A DNA stretch of 55,208 nucleotides from Candidatus Thorarchaeota archaeon. GTDB lineage: Archaea > Asgardarchaeota > Thorarchaeia > Thorarchaeales > Thorarchaeaceae. The stretch lies in NCBI GenBank assembly GCA_029858305.1, contig JAOUFI010000009.1, forward strand, positions 1 through 55,208. The letters are read 5' to 3'. Below, one piece after another: positions 10,916 to 20,876 of this stretch. The notes beneath the pieces are model-generated. The model was not told the DNA's origin and made no database searches. It worked only from the letters and a program-made list of their open reading frames with translations. The stretch's first letter is position 1; each line of letters begins with the position of its first letter. Made by a program: the position numbers and the translations under genes.

Positions 10916-12289
10916 TCATTCACATTTCCGAAGCACCAAGACCCATTCTCCAATCATTCGCTCTTGGCGGGGTATCTTAATGAAATGGCGTATCAAGCGA
11001 GAGAAAAACATCCTTTCCAAAGAAAATCCAACATATTCTGTGGCAATCTGAGCTAGAATATCATGTGAATTAATTCGAAGGCCGCGAATGACATTGTTGC
11101 CAATTGCCAAGCAATATCTTCCGCCAGGTTTGAGGACTCGCAGAGTTTCTGATAGCTGTCTTTGCATATCAGAAAAGAATTTGAAAACAATATAGGACCT
11201 TCTTGGATCCTGTCTGTAGATTCGCTCTATTAAGGAATCCAACGTTGCTATGCCAAATGTTCTCAAATTTTCATATTCGTTTTTGTAAACAGTTTCAGTG
11301 CCAATATAGGTACGTTTGAGTTTTGATAATGGACCGTCACCTAGGAAACCAAGCCAATACATCTCAAGCTGATGAGTTCGGGGATAGTCTACAGCATTGA
11401 TGTATGGTGGTGAGGTTATTGCCAGATTGACCGTTTCACTAGCAAGTCCTGTATTCAATGCATTTGTTTCAGGAATAGAAACTTTTTGGAATTTAAGACC
11501 ATCACAGACATGTGCAAAGTCAGCCATGTTCCTAGATTGTTGTAATAGCACTTCTTTGAATCTTGAAAGAGTGTCACCAGGCGAGATATTCTTCACAACT
11601 TTTTTCCTGAGAACAGTTCTTGTGCAGTGAGGATCAGCGTTTGACATGTCACGGATTATCGAAGACATTATCACCCTGAAAAAGTCCTGAATGTCCTGGC
11701 AAGTTTCTGTAGGAAGAGATGAGGACACAATGTCAATACTATCATTGATTATAGCTAATTCTCTCAGAACAAAAGGGCGAAACCAATTATCACGATAGTG
11801 GAATTGAGGAATATTCGGCGAATACTCCGCAGAGCTGTCGAGTTTTTGAATTTGCATCACTAAAGAAGCCGCCGCCAATTGCAGAGAGCTGGGATTAAGA
11901 GGCGTTGTTTTCACTTTGGTCAAGAGGCGTGCTATTGGATCGATGTCAATCCCAATGCATTTCCTATTGTTCAACAAACCTTCAAGTATGACTGTACCAC
12001 TACCGCACATCGGATCAAGAACAACATCGCCCTCCACAGAGAGCTTACGAATTAGATATCGCGGAAGTTCAGGAAAGAACTTGGCAGGGAATTTATGAAT
12101 TCCGTGGGTAAGGTACGATTGATCCCTACTAACTATTAGTATACTTGATCTATCAGCTATCTCAACGCTTGTATCAATATCTCCTATGACTTCCAAGTGG
12201 TCTACAGAGTCTTGAGATACATCCACGGATTCCGTGTCCGAAACTCGATTAGTCACTGGTAAACCAACTCCTAGTAAGGTACCTTCCAA
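10916..12289 (-). CDS. Amino (N4-C/N6-A) DNA methyltransferase, motif I before motif IV (alpha-type order), apparently orphan
   Basis: THGIHKFPAKF, motif I DPMCGSGT, motif IV TSPPY, RVLKPGG. The exact start is uncertain. Confidence 0.85.
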   Translation of the reverse strand: MEGTLLGVGLPVTNRVSDTESVDVSQDSVDHLEVIGDIDTSVEIADRSSILIVSRDQSYLTHGIHKFPAKFFPELPRYLIRKLSVEGDVVLDPMCGSGTVILEGLLNNRKCIGIDIDPIARLLTKVKTTPLNPSSLQLAAASLVMQIQKLDSSAEYSPNIPQFHYRDNWFRPFVLRELAIINDSIDIVSSSLPTETCQDIQDFFRVIMSSIIRDMSNADPHCTRTVLRKKVVKNISPGDTLSRFKEVLLQQSRNMADFAHVCDGLKFQKVSIPETNALNTGLASETVNLAITSPPYINAVDYPRTHQLEMYWLGFLGDGPLSKLKRTYIGTETVYKNEYENLRTFGIATLDSLIERIYRQDPRRSYIVFKFFSDMQRQLSETLRVLKPGGRYCLAIGNNVIRGLRINSHDILAQIATEYVGFSLERMFFSRLIRHFIKIPRQERMIGEWVLVLRKCE

Positions 12290-12508
12290 AAAATGAAGTC
12301 GAATGTAGATAATAAGCTCGCCGCTTGCGTCTAGAACTGTTATAGTGAACTATTACGAATATAAGATACATTAACGGCATAAGTATTAGCAGATATCACA
12401 AAATATCGATAGTCCTAAATACTTCCTCGTGTCCAATAATTAACGATTCTTAACAACTGCACGTTAAATGATGCGCCAGTGATATTTGAGTTGATAGAGT
12501 AATGATTC

Positions 12509-12531
12509 CATCAATCACTTGATGATTGATG
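12509..12531. promoter_or_regulatory. Perfect 9-bp inverted repeat in a divergent intergenic region (candidate operator)
   Basis: CATCAATCA-cttga-TGATTGATG, ~85 bp upstream of the ATG at 12615. Confidence 0.3.
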
Positions 12532-12614
12532 CCTTGTAACTCCTTTAATTCATGTCACAAACCGTATCATTTCATTGCTGATTGTGAGTCTCACTTGAGA
12601 GGAGATAAAACGAA

Positions 12615-12941
12615 ATGTCAGATATGAAGAAACTCGGTGACTTACTTATCCTACTAGGTGGTATTGTCGGTCTGATTGAGGGAATACTGATTACACTCGG
12701 TTTGTCCTATCTTGCGTTCCTACCAACTGTTGCTTGGGGTCTTGGATGGATAACAGGAATCTTAGGTATCATATTCTCACTCATCGCGCTGGTGAACAGT
12801 GGTACGATTAAGATTAAGGCACTTGAATTTAGCAACAAGTGGCTAGTTGTGCTCATAATGGGTGTTCTCATGTACCTGTTTGCAAGCACACTAGGTGGAA
12901 TACTAGTTATCATTGGTTCTATTCTATTATTAATCAAATAG
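12615..12941 (+). CDS. Small Gly-rich multi-pass membrane protein
   Basis: GAGGAG RBS upstream; about 4 hydrophobic helices. Confidence 0.75.
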   Translation: MSDMKKLGDLLILLGGIVGLIEGILITLGLSYLAFLPTVAWGLGWITGILGIIFSLIALVNSGTIKIKALEFSNKWLVVLIMGVLMYLFASTLGGILVIIGSILLLIK

Positions 12942-12999
12942 AGGATGATTGCTCAACATTGAAGTTACCTGTGTTGAGCAAATCCTTTTTTCTCTGAAA

Positions 13000-14346
13000 T
13001 TAAATTTCCTCAGCAATAGCCTTGTCCAATCGTTCTGCCACATCATCTATATTTTCCTTTGTTATAATATAGCTAGGAGTCATACGAATGACATTCTGAC
13101 CAGCTCCCAGCATCCAGAGATGTTGCTTCTGGACCGCATTTTTCACAATACTATCTCTCAATTTTCGAGCTTTTTCTTTGGTCTTCCTATCCTTCACAAT
13201 CTCCATGCCAACCATGAGACCCAAACCACGAACATCTCCGACCACTTCGTATTTTTCCTTCAATTCATTAAGACGTCTCATAAGATAATTACCGTTCTCT
13301 ATGTTCTTCCTCAGGAAATCTCCATCTTCCATGTGTTTGAGTATCCATAGTGAAAAGAGAGACATTTTGGGTTCAGCAGAAAAAGTTTCAGAATGACGAG
13401 AACCGCCTGTGAACATAGGAGCAGGACCAATAGATGCACCCATTGGGTACCCACCTCCAATTGCTTTGCCCATTGAGATATAATCGGGGATTACGTCATG
13501 GTTCTCAATAGCACACCACTTTCCGGTTCTTCCCATCCCTGCTTGAACCTCGTCGGACATAAAATAGGCTCCAACCTCTTTTGTGAGATTATAGATGCCT
13601 TTTACTGCCTTGGTAGGGGGGACAATAAGGCCACCCTCACCACAAAGTGGTTCCATTACTGTGGCTGCAACATCGTTGCCTTCGACTTCTAGTGCATAGC
13701 GTAACGCCTCGACACATTCAATGCTGCAGTCTTCCTCTGTCGTGCCATAAGGGCAACGATAGCAATACGGATAGAAGACACGAATCACATCAACACCCTG
13801 GGGGAAACCAGACTTATGTTTAGAATTCGAAGCGGTTAGAGAAAGCGCATAGCCAGTTCGACCATGAAATGCTGGTCGAAAGGCAACGAACCGTCGTCGA
13901 CCAGAGAGATCCATTGCAGACTTCATACAACCTTCTACAGCTCTACCACCCGAAGTTGTGAAAACAACTCGTTTCTTGTGATTTCCAGGAGTGATACCCG
14001 CAACACGCTCTCCAAGAAGTGTTTGGGGAATTGCATCAAAATCCTGTCCAGGAAGTTCATTTATGACATCCATGATGCTGGCTTCAAAATCGACAAAGGG
14101 CTTATACCTTAGTCCAAAAGCACGAACAGCCACACCGCCAGTCACATCTAAGTATTCAGTGCCCTCAATGTCAAAGATACGGACACCTTCTCCAATAGTA
14201 TGGTCTAAACAACCGTATACATCTCTATCTTGGGTCGTCAATGCTAAAGCATCAGCAGCACGTTTCTTCCAGTAGTCATTTGTTAAATCTTGTTTACGGA
14301 TATCAAATCCCAATTCATTGAGAATCTTGATGTGTCTCTCGTCCAT
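13000..14346 (-). CDS. Class III PLP-dependent aminotransferase (4-aminobutyrate/acetylornithine-type)
   Basis: YLDVTGG, FHGRT, EPLCGEGG, DEVQAGMGRTG, and the PLP lysine in SMGKAIGGG. Confidence 0.92.
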   Translation of the reverse strand: MDERHIKILNELGFDIRKQDLTNDYWKKRAADALALTTQDRDVYGCLDHTIGEGVRIFDIEGTEYLDVTGGVAVRAFGLRYKPFVDFEASIMDVINELPGQDFDAIPQTLLGERVAGITPGNHKKRVVFTTSGGRAVEGCMKSAMDLSGRRRFVAFRPAFHGRTGYALSLTASNSKHKSGFPQGVDVIRVFYPYCYRCPYGTTEEDCSIECVEALRYALEVEGNDVAATVMEPLCGEGGLIVPPTKAVKGIYNLTKEVGAYFMSDEVQAGMGRTGKWCAIENHDVIPDYISMGKAIGGGYPMGASIGPAPMFTGGSRHSETFSAEPKMSLFSLWILKHMEDGDFLRKNIENGNYLMRRLNELKEKYEVVGDVRGLGLMVGMEIVKDRKTKEKARKLRDSIVKNAVQKQHLWMLGAGQNVIRMTPSYIITKENIDDVAERLDKAIAEEI

Positions 14347-14430
14347 AGCGATACTGTCCTTTGATTGACAGACTTGGGAGAGATATCACTCTATTATCTA
14401 ATTTCCTATACAGACATCTTATTTTGAGGC

Positions 14431-14808
14431 TCAAGATCTCGCAACGATGAGGATACCGGCAAGTAATATCATAAATCCAGCAAGAGTATCAAGGCTCTGT
14501 AGCCATGCGATTGGATCCAGTGTAATTCCTGGCCAAGATGCAATTAAGATGGCAATGAAGCCGAGCAATGCCAGAAGAAGCCCGGATCTATTTAATTTCC
14601 AATGAGTAAACCCACATGCATCAAATGCTAATGCGACAACTAGGATAAGTACAACGCCAAGCACTATTTGCATTAGACCTTCCATAGTTCCTGGTCCGGG
14701 TGAATTTACGTTATTTATGATTCTCTGCAATGCATACAGAATGAGCACTATACCGCCCAAGACTGTATAGCCTTGTGCAGCACCTTCTGCTTTACAACCC
14801 AATTTCAT
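14431..14808 (-). CDS. Small multi-pass membrane protein
   Basis: GGAGG RBS; about 4 TM helices; resembles 12615..12941. Confidence 0.7.
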   Translation of the reverse strand: MKLGCKAEGAAQGYTVLGGIVLILYALQRIINNVNSPGPGTMEGLMQIVLGVVLILVVALAFDACGFTHWKLNRSGLLLALLGFIAILIASWPGITLDPIAWLQSLDTLAGFMILLAGILIVARS

Positions 14809-14908
14809 TCTACCTCCAGGGAATCTCGCGTTCCCATTCCTATAACATCATGAACTCATAGATGTATTAAATGTCCCGAATTCATACAACTTGGGGTAAT
14901 ACATACCA

Positions 14909-15814
14909 TTGTATTGTTCAGAGGATATCCTCGTATGGCAGCAATCAAGTCATCTAGGGGTGACAAAGACGAGATATCCAACATATGACGGGAATAAGGT
15001 CACGGAGAGACCTGTCAGACTTGACAAGACAGAAGGGCATGTGATAATTGAGGGGAGAACATATCCAGCAAAGGAGCTTGTTGAAGCTCTAGCTCAAAGC
15101 GGCTATGCTGAGATGAGGACTGTTGGTGACTCTATTGTTTTAGGTAACAAAAGGATAACACCCATTTTCAAATCAAGACAGGAACGAGCAATGGCATCCC
15201 TCTGCCATGGTAGTCTTGCCTATTGTTGCCCACTCTCAAAAAGATGCGCTGAACGAGATAGAGCCCTAGAGATTCTAGGTCTAGCACCAAGTGAATATGA
15301 AGATTTGAAAAAGAGTGAGCATTTCAAGTTTGTAGATGCAGCTAAAGGAATTGGATCCGAGGATCCTCAATGGACAACACAGATTTCAAGAGAGCGAGTT
15401 GCTAATAGACCTGCAGTAGATCCTGGGTACGGTTCTGAGGACTACAGGCGTGATTTCGAGGCTCTTGATAAAGCAATGAGTTCAGAGCCCGAACGATTTG
15501 ATGGACGGCTCTCGACATGGCAAGATTCTCATGATGATAGACGAACACCACAGTATCGAGAGCGTGAGAGTAGAGATATCTATGCAGACCTACAGGGAGC
15601 TGTTCCAGCAGAGAACGACCCCAGTTGCAGTGCCTGTAATGTTCAGAGAGATGAAAATGTAGAGGGAATCGGAGCTCTATTCACTCAAGGAGAATTGAGT
15701 CCATTCTTAGATGATGCCCGAAAAGAAAGCCAGGAGCAGACTTTTTGTTTTTCCTGTGGACGTAATGTCAGAATGAGCAATAGGGTCTGCCCATACTGTG
15801 GTGCACGCCTATAG
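14909..15814 (+). CDS. Cys-rich protein with a methanogenesis-marker-9-like motif and a C-terminal zinc ribbon
   Basis: CHGSLAYCCPLSKRCAERDRALEILGL..EYEDLK; C-terminal CFSC..CPYCG. The true start is probably downstream of 14909. Confidence 0.6.
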   Translation: MYCSEDILVWQQSSHLGVTKTRYPTYDGNKVTERPVRLDKTEGHVIIEGRTYPAKELVEALAQSGYAEMRTVGDSIVLGNKRITPIFKSRQERAMASLCHGSLAYCCPLSKRCAERDRALEILGLAPSEYEDLKKSEHFKFVDAAKGIGSEDPQWTTQISRERVANRPAVDPGYGSEDYRRDFEALDKAMSSEPERFDGRLSTWQDSHDDRRTPQYRERESRDIYADLQGAVPAENDPSCSACNVQRDENVEGIGALFTQGELSPFLDDARKESQEQTFCFSCGRNVRMSNRVCPYCGARL

Positions 15815-15827
15815 ACATGTATTTCTT

Positions 15828-16868
15828 CTAGTAGTTTCCTATGGCGCTTTCGCGTCTTCGAGAATAGTCAGAGGGGTAATGGAAAGTTGTTACTATTCTA
15901 TTAATTCCAACATCTTTTCCTAATGCCTTAAGCTCTTGCAGCTGTTCCAGAGTTGTTACGCCCCAGCGAAACAGGGATGCTCTCCCACCCCTTCTGGTAA
16001 ACTCATTGACAAAATACAGTGATTCTACAAGTTCGCTATAATCAGATGTGCCCTTTGTTGGTATCACGGGAGACCAAGGAAAGAGATTGATAAGGACATT
16101 CTTCGTAATCTCACCAATTTTAGCATAATCATAGCCATACTCATTTTTTGCGCCATCTGAAAGACCTGTTTCTGGGTCGAGGAGAACTTCAACTGATAGT
16201 TTGAGTGGATGCTCTCTGCCTGTCACATCATCCGAATCCACTGCAGCCTCCTTCAAAAAGGAAAGGCCTTCATGCACCTTTTCGCTCCTGAACTTATGCC
16301 ATTTCTCATGGTATTCAGGATTCTCGGAGATGTACTGATAGGATAATCGATTTGGTTCCTGATCGACCATAGGTGCAAATTCCTTTCGGCATCGGTCACA
16401 GAAACAAAACTGATCTCTGATGAAACCGGCTCCAAATAGGAGAATCTCATCAATTGGGTACGATCCAATCTCTTTTACAATCTCAGCTCCATACTGCCAG
16501 AACTCAGGACGATTAGGGCATATCTGGTGTTCCATCTTTGTGCCCTTGTCATTCATCGTCTGGTACTTGGGGTCTCGAGCAAACCAGCCATCAGTATACA
16601 AATCAACCCCAATCACACCTTTGATGTCTAAGGTATCGGTGAGCCGGACCCATTCTTCAAAGAAGGCAACATGCTGTTCTCTGACTGGAGCTGTTCGACT
16701 CGGGTATAATGCGTATCCATCAGGGCCCTTTCCAACTATTCCCACATCTTCCATGTATGAAGCATAGGTTGAGATGAAATCCTTGGCTGACATCTCTATA
16801 TCCTCGGGTTTGAACATAATCAACATCTTTTGCATGAAGAATTCGCGATAATTCAGTTTCATTATCAA
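15828..16868 (-). CDS. Glycoside-hydrolase-like TIM-barrel protein with a CxCxxC motif
   Basis: ALYPS, ICPNRPE, FCFCDRCRKEF and WHKFRS follow a GHL-family pattern. Confidence 0.55.
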   Translation of the reverse strand: MIMKLNYREFFMQKMLIMFKPEDIEMSAKDFISTYASYMEDVGIVGKGPDGYALYPSRTAPVREQHVAFFEEWVRLTDTLDIKGVIGVDLYTDGWFARDPKYQTMNDKGTKMEHQICPNRPEFWQYGAEIVKEIGSYPIDEILLFGAGFIRDQFCFCDRCRKEFAPMVDQEPNRLSYQYISENPEYHEKWHKFRSEKVHEGLSFLKEAAVDSDDVTGREHPLKLSVEVLLDPETGLSDGAKNEYGYDYAKIGEITKNVLINLFPWSPVIPTKGTSDYSELVESLYFVNEFTRRGGRASLFRWGVTTLEQLQELKALGKDVGINRIVTTFHYPSDYSRRRESAIGNY

Positions 16869-16970
16869 ATACCCCGTCGAAAGTACACTAAGTCAGGCTC
16901 TAGGTCCTTTTGCGAGTACCATGCCACGGCTATAAGAATTTCTTATTCAGACTCTACATCCATTATTCAA

Positions 16971-19802
16971 TTAGAAAAACTTGTCTAGGGTCGTAAAACC
17001 GAGAAACTCATTGAAGTCGAGACCCACGGAATCTAGAACTTGCTCGAAAACGCTCTTCAAAATATCAACATACACATCTTTGTCAATCCAATATGAGGTG
17101 TTTTTTGCAAGTTCCACAGGTAGGACTCCGCTTGGACCTTTTATCCTGATGAACTCAACAATTGTTCCAGGTAGTACTTTATTGGGGTCGTTCGTCTTTT
17201 CAACCAACATCTTTGCAGCACGGACATGTGGTGTATCTGTGGGGTACTCAGAAAGACGTTTTGTAAGCTGAATCCGAAAGGCAAGCTCTTCCGGGGAATA
17301 CTCCTTGGCTTTACCCTCCAATCTATCAATGACATGATTGACAATCTCACGGATACCCTCCTTTGCTGTTTCAAATCCCTCGGCATCGTCTACGCGACTA
17401 AGTACTTCAAGCATGTCTCTGAAAGCTTGTTGAGCATAGTCGGGAGTGTTCCTTTTCTTCCCACTAAGCCCCTTGACTTCGACCTTTCCATCAGTGTAAA
17501 CGCCAATGTAATTCTTCTTTCGATCAGATAGTGCAACATACTTGTAGGTCTTCTCAACTTCAAGGTCTATACCAAGAGCTTTTCCAGACCATTGAACGAG
17601 TTCCTTTTGTTGCTCTTTTGATGGATTATCTAGGAATACAGAATCAGTATCGCCATAAAGAACTCGGATTCCCATCTCCTCAGCTTTTGCCTTTGCTCGC
17701 TGGATTGCATCACGTCCGAATGCAGTGATACTTTCAGCAGCAGGCATGCAAAAGAGTTCAAAGTGCTTGGCGCCTGTAACACCATAAGAGGCATTTACAA
17801 ACACTTTCAACGCTTTTTCCACGACCGAGTACCAGTTTCTTGTGCGTTCATCTAACGCTCGATCCTTACTCTTCGGTTTGAACCATTTTACACGTGTATC
17901 ACGGAAAAAGCCGATAGTCTGACTAATCATGCCACGGCGTTTTTTGCATATCCAATGATCAGTTTCCGGAACCAGATTATCGCCCGCCGTTCGACATTCT
18001 TCATGAGGGCAGTCAATTGATTCATAGCTGATGTTGTGCGCTTTCATGATGGTTGGATATAGGCTAGCAAAATCCAGAACAGTTGCGTTGAAATGCACGC
18101 CTGCTACTGGTTCAATGACAATAGCACCCTTGAAAGCCTTCCCACCAATCATCGCTTCGGTTTGAGCATCGGCCTGTTTCATCGTATCGATATCCACGCG
18201 CCGTGGAATCAATTGCTCATTGGCTCTGTGTTCTTGTCTGAACAGAGACTGAATCCAGGATGAAATGTAAAACCGAGTGACTTCTCCCATGGACATTCTA
18301 GAAATACGCATGAGGAGGACAATGAGACGGAGGAGAAGGTTGTTCTCATAAGTGGTGAACCTAAGGACAAGATTTGCGTCCAGCCAACAATAATGGGCGA
18401 GCTCATTGTATGACAGTGCTGAGATATTATCACTTAGCTCGAGCTTGCGTTCACCAAGGATGCCCTCTGCGATGGTGTCCAGATTCTCTCGTTGATATGC
18501 GCCCGATAAAGCATAGATTTTGATGGAAGGATTAGTGAAGAACTTGTACATATCAACATGGATTCCACGTTTCAGGTCAGCCTGTTCCCTTCGCGGGTCT
18601 TGATTACCACGAATGACGATAGGGCAGTACTTGTCCATATCAATTCTCAAGTGCTTCGCACGATGGTAGAGATATTTTAAATCAAAAGAGTCACCCACAA
18701 ATGTCAAAACCACGGGATAGGTATCTATAATCTTGAAGGCTTCAACTAGCATCTCTGCCTCATCGTCAAAATAGATTATCTTAAGCTCTTTAGGAAAGTC
18801 TTTGCCTTTCTGACCTTCAACTGACCCAGCTCGTTTTAAGACAAAACATTGGTTGAGTCCTTCACTGTCAGACAGACCTATTGCAGTAACCGGATACTGT
18901 GACACACGAGCATCAGGAACTCGGTTGACCACAGGAGTGTAAACCTCAATATCAAGAGCAATTCGTTTGATGTCAGGGACTTCAGTGAAGAACATAGGAG
19001 AATAAGTGGAGATTATGGATTCAAGACCCTCTTCATCAGCAATTGTATTCTTGAAATCATCAAGAGTCTTTGTATCAACATCAGGAGGAACTGCAGTCAA
19101 GTTCCCTTTCTCAATTTTATACATGAGTCCGGGCACAAGATTTCTATCATATGTATAGCACAAGTGATAACGAATAGTAGCCTCCCAAGCATGACTTACA
19201 TCATTGGCGTCAACCAGTTTATTTCTCATTGCTGCAGCACCTCCACCTATACTCAGTGGATTATCACCAATGAGCTTCGTCATTGCTACCTGTTTGTCAT
19301 GCAAGAGATCGTGAAGCTGAACTGTCTCTGTTTTCACAAAGCCTGGATTGCTCTTCACTTTTGATTCAACCATCTGTGGAGGCCAATCAGTATAGAGGTA
19401 GGGTTTATGGCCAGTATTATCAATCCAGAAATAGACTTTCTTCGATTTTGGATCATAGAGTCGAGCAACCGCCTTATTCAATTGACCTGAGTAATCTATG
19501 GAGAGGAGAAATGAGGGAGAGAGGTTCTTAGGAGTCTCTCTCTCACCAATTGGGATTTGAAGTACAGGCTCTTCGATCTCTCCATCATCAACAAGTTCAT
19601 CTTCATCTTCGTTTGTGGGTTGAGAGTCACCTATCGGCTCGGGTGGATTTGGAGCGTTAGTTTGCTTCGGAACTGTATTTTTCCTTTCTCGGACTGCATC
19701 GATGGTAGGTGCTGGTACAGGTACAACTTCCTCATCTCCGAAGAAGTCTTCTAATGAAGATTGATTTTCATCTGCAGATTTCTCGTCCTTCACCAAATTC
19801 AT
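16971..19802 (-). CDS. polB: Family B DNA polymerase, PolB1-like, with intact 3'-5' exonuclease motifs
   Basis: ExoI LDIEV, ExoII GDSFDLKYL, ExoIII YCWLD; polymerase motifs LDFASLYP, KVFVNASYG, YGDTDS. Start moved to ATG 19802 (or GTG 19793) to avoid overlap with the divergent gene. Confidence 0.95.
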   Translation of the reverse strand: MNLVKDEKSADENQSSLEDFFGDEEVVPVPAPTIDAVRERKNTVPKQTNAPNPPEPIGDSQPTNEDEDELVDDGEIEEPVLQIPIGERETPKNLSPSFLLSIDYSGQLNKAVARLYDPKSKKVYFWIDNTGHKPYLYTDWPPQMVESKVKSNPGFVKTETVQLHDLLHDKQVAMTKLIGDNPLSIGGGAAAMRNKLVDANDVSHAWEATIRYHLCYTYDRNLVPGLMYKIEKGNLTAVPPDVDTKTLDDFKNTIADEEGLESIISTYSPMFFTEVPDIKRIALDIEVYTPVVNRVPDARVSQYPVTAIGLSDSEGLNQCFVLKRAGSVEGQKGKDFPKELKIIYFDDEAEMLVEAFKIIDTYPVVLTFVGDSFDLKYLYHRAKHLRIDMDKYCPIVIRGNQDPRREQADLKRGIHVDMYKFFTNPSIKIYALSGAYQRENLDTIAEGILGERKLELSDNISALSYNELAHYCWLDANLVLRFTTYENNLLLRLIVLLMRISRMSMGEVTRFYISSWIQSLFRQEHRANEQLIPRRVDIDTMKQADAQTEAMIGGKAFKGAIVIEPVAGVHFNATVLDFASLYPTIMKAHNISYESIDCPHEECRTAGDNLVPETDHWICKKRRGMISQTIGFFRDTRVKWFKPKSKDRALDERTRNWYSVVEKALKVFVNASYGVTGAKHFELFCMPAAESITAFGRDAIQRAKAKAEEMGIRVLYGDTDSVFLDNPSKEQQKELVQWSGKALGIDLEVEKTYKYVALSDRKKNYIGVYTDGKVEVKGLSGKKRNTPDYAQQAFRDMLEVLSRVDDAEGFETAKEGIREIVNHVIDRLEGKAKEYSPEELAFRIQLTKRLSEYPTDTPHVRAAKMLVEKTNDPNKVLPGTIVEFIRIKGPSGVLPVELAKNTSYWIDKDVYVDILKSVFEQVLDSVGLDFNEFLGFTTLDKFF

Positions 19803-19899
19803 CCACAGATTTAGTTGAATGAACTTTACTGATAAGCACTTCCCAATTAGCTCGTGACCCTCCGTGGACTTCATTAATGGCCGATGTTTATTTCCAGAC

Positions 19900-20331
19900 A
19901 TGACAGGAGTACAGGTAACCAAGACAACAGGAAGAGTGGTGATAGCACGGCTCAAGCCTGGAAACGATATTCTTCATTCAATAGAAAAAATAGCTACTGA
20001 GAATAAGATTCAATCAGGTCAGCTCAGTATGATTGGTGCTGTTTCTGGAGTTCATCTTGGATACTTCGATAGAGAAGAGAAGGTCTACAAGGACTTCAGA
20101 ATTGAAGAAGATCTTGAGATTGTTTCAGGCATTGGCAATATCACCAAATATGATAACAATTATGTGATTCATGCCCATTTAGTAGCAGCAGACCAGACAG
20201 GTAGATGCTATGGAGGACACCTACTTGAGGGATGTGAGGTGTCAGTCACCATTGAACTTATCATCATAGAAATCCCTGAGTTATTGCGTGCAACTGATGA
20301 GGCAACTGGCCTTAAGTTGCTTAACATCTAG
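19900..20331 (+). CDS. PPC domain (DUF296) protein
   Basis: RLKPGNDI, IGAVS, EIVSGIGNI, HAH, GGHL; likely ATG at 19900. Confidence 0.9.
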   Translation: MTGVQVTKTTGRVVIARLKPGNDILHSIEKIATENKIQSGQLSMIGAVSGVHLGYFDREEKVYKDFRIEEDLEIVSGIGNITKYDNNYVIHAHLVAADQTGRCYGGHLLEGCEVSVTIELIIIEIPELLRATDEATGLKLLNI

Positions 20332-20756
20332 AACGAATCTCTGATTAATTTGGATACTCGTTCTAGCTCCTCCCGAGGAGCCATAGACTCATGATATCCG
20401 GGTGGAAACTTGAACCCAAAGGGGTCCCCCTTACTTCTCGGGATAGCATGAAAGTGCAAATGAGCAATCTCCTGACCAGCTCCTTCGCCATTTGCTACAA
20501 CATTAATCACACCTTCAGCGCCTGTTGCCTTCAATACAGCTCGGGTCAATTCTGAGAGTTTTCGAGACATATGAGCTAAGACATCACCATCAACATCTAA
20601 CATGTTGACAAAGTGTTCTTTTGGAATGAGTAGACAGTGACCAGTGGTGATTGGAAAGACATCCATAAAGGCGATACAGACATCATCCTGAAATACCACC
20701 GAAGATGGGATCTCACCCCGTACTATCTTACAGAATATACAATCATCTGAACTCAT
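20328..20756 (-). CDS. HIT family nucleotide hydrolase
   Basis: DCIFCKI, GHCLLIPKEH, GQEIAHLHFHAIPR; likely start MSSDD at 20756. Confidence 0.93.
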   Translation of the reverse strand: MSSDDCIFCKIVRGEIPSSVVFQDDVCIAFMDVFPITTGHCLLIPKEHFVNMLDVDGDVLAHMSRKLSELTRAVLKATGAEGVINVVANGEGAGQEIAHLHFHAIPRSKGDPFGFKFPPGYHESMAPREELERVSKLIRDSF

Positions 20757-20876
20757 GTTCTGATAATGTGGAGAGGTGTGAAATAAAGGATTCGAAGTGC
20801 ACGGGTAATGTGCGCACAAGTCTAATTAGCGTAAATGCCTAGGATAGACAACAACCGGCAATATAGGTGCATCCTC

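Noticed and set aside
19803-19955. N-terminal extension of PolB in the ORF track
   Set aside because: It overlaps the divergent PPC gene head-to-head; a start at 19802 or 19793 is more plausible.
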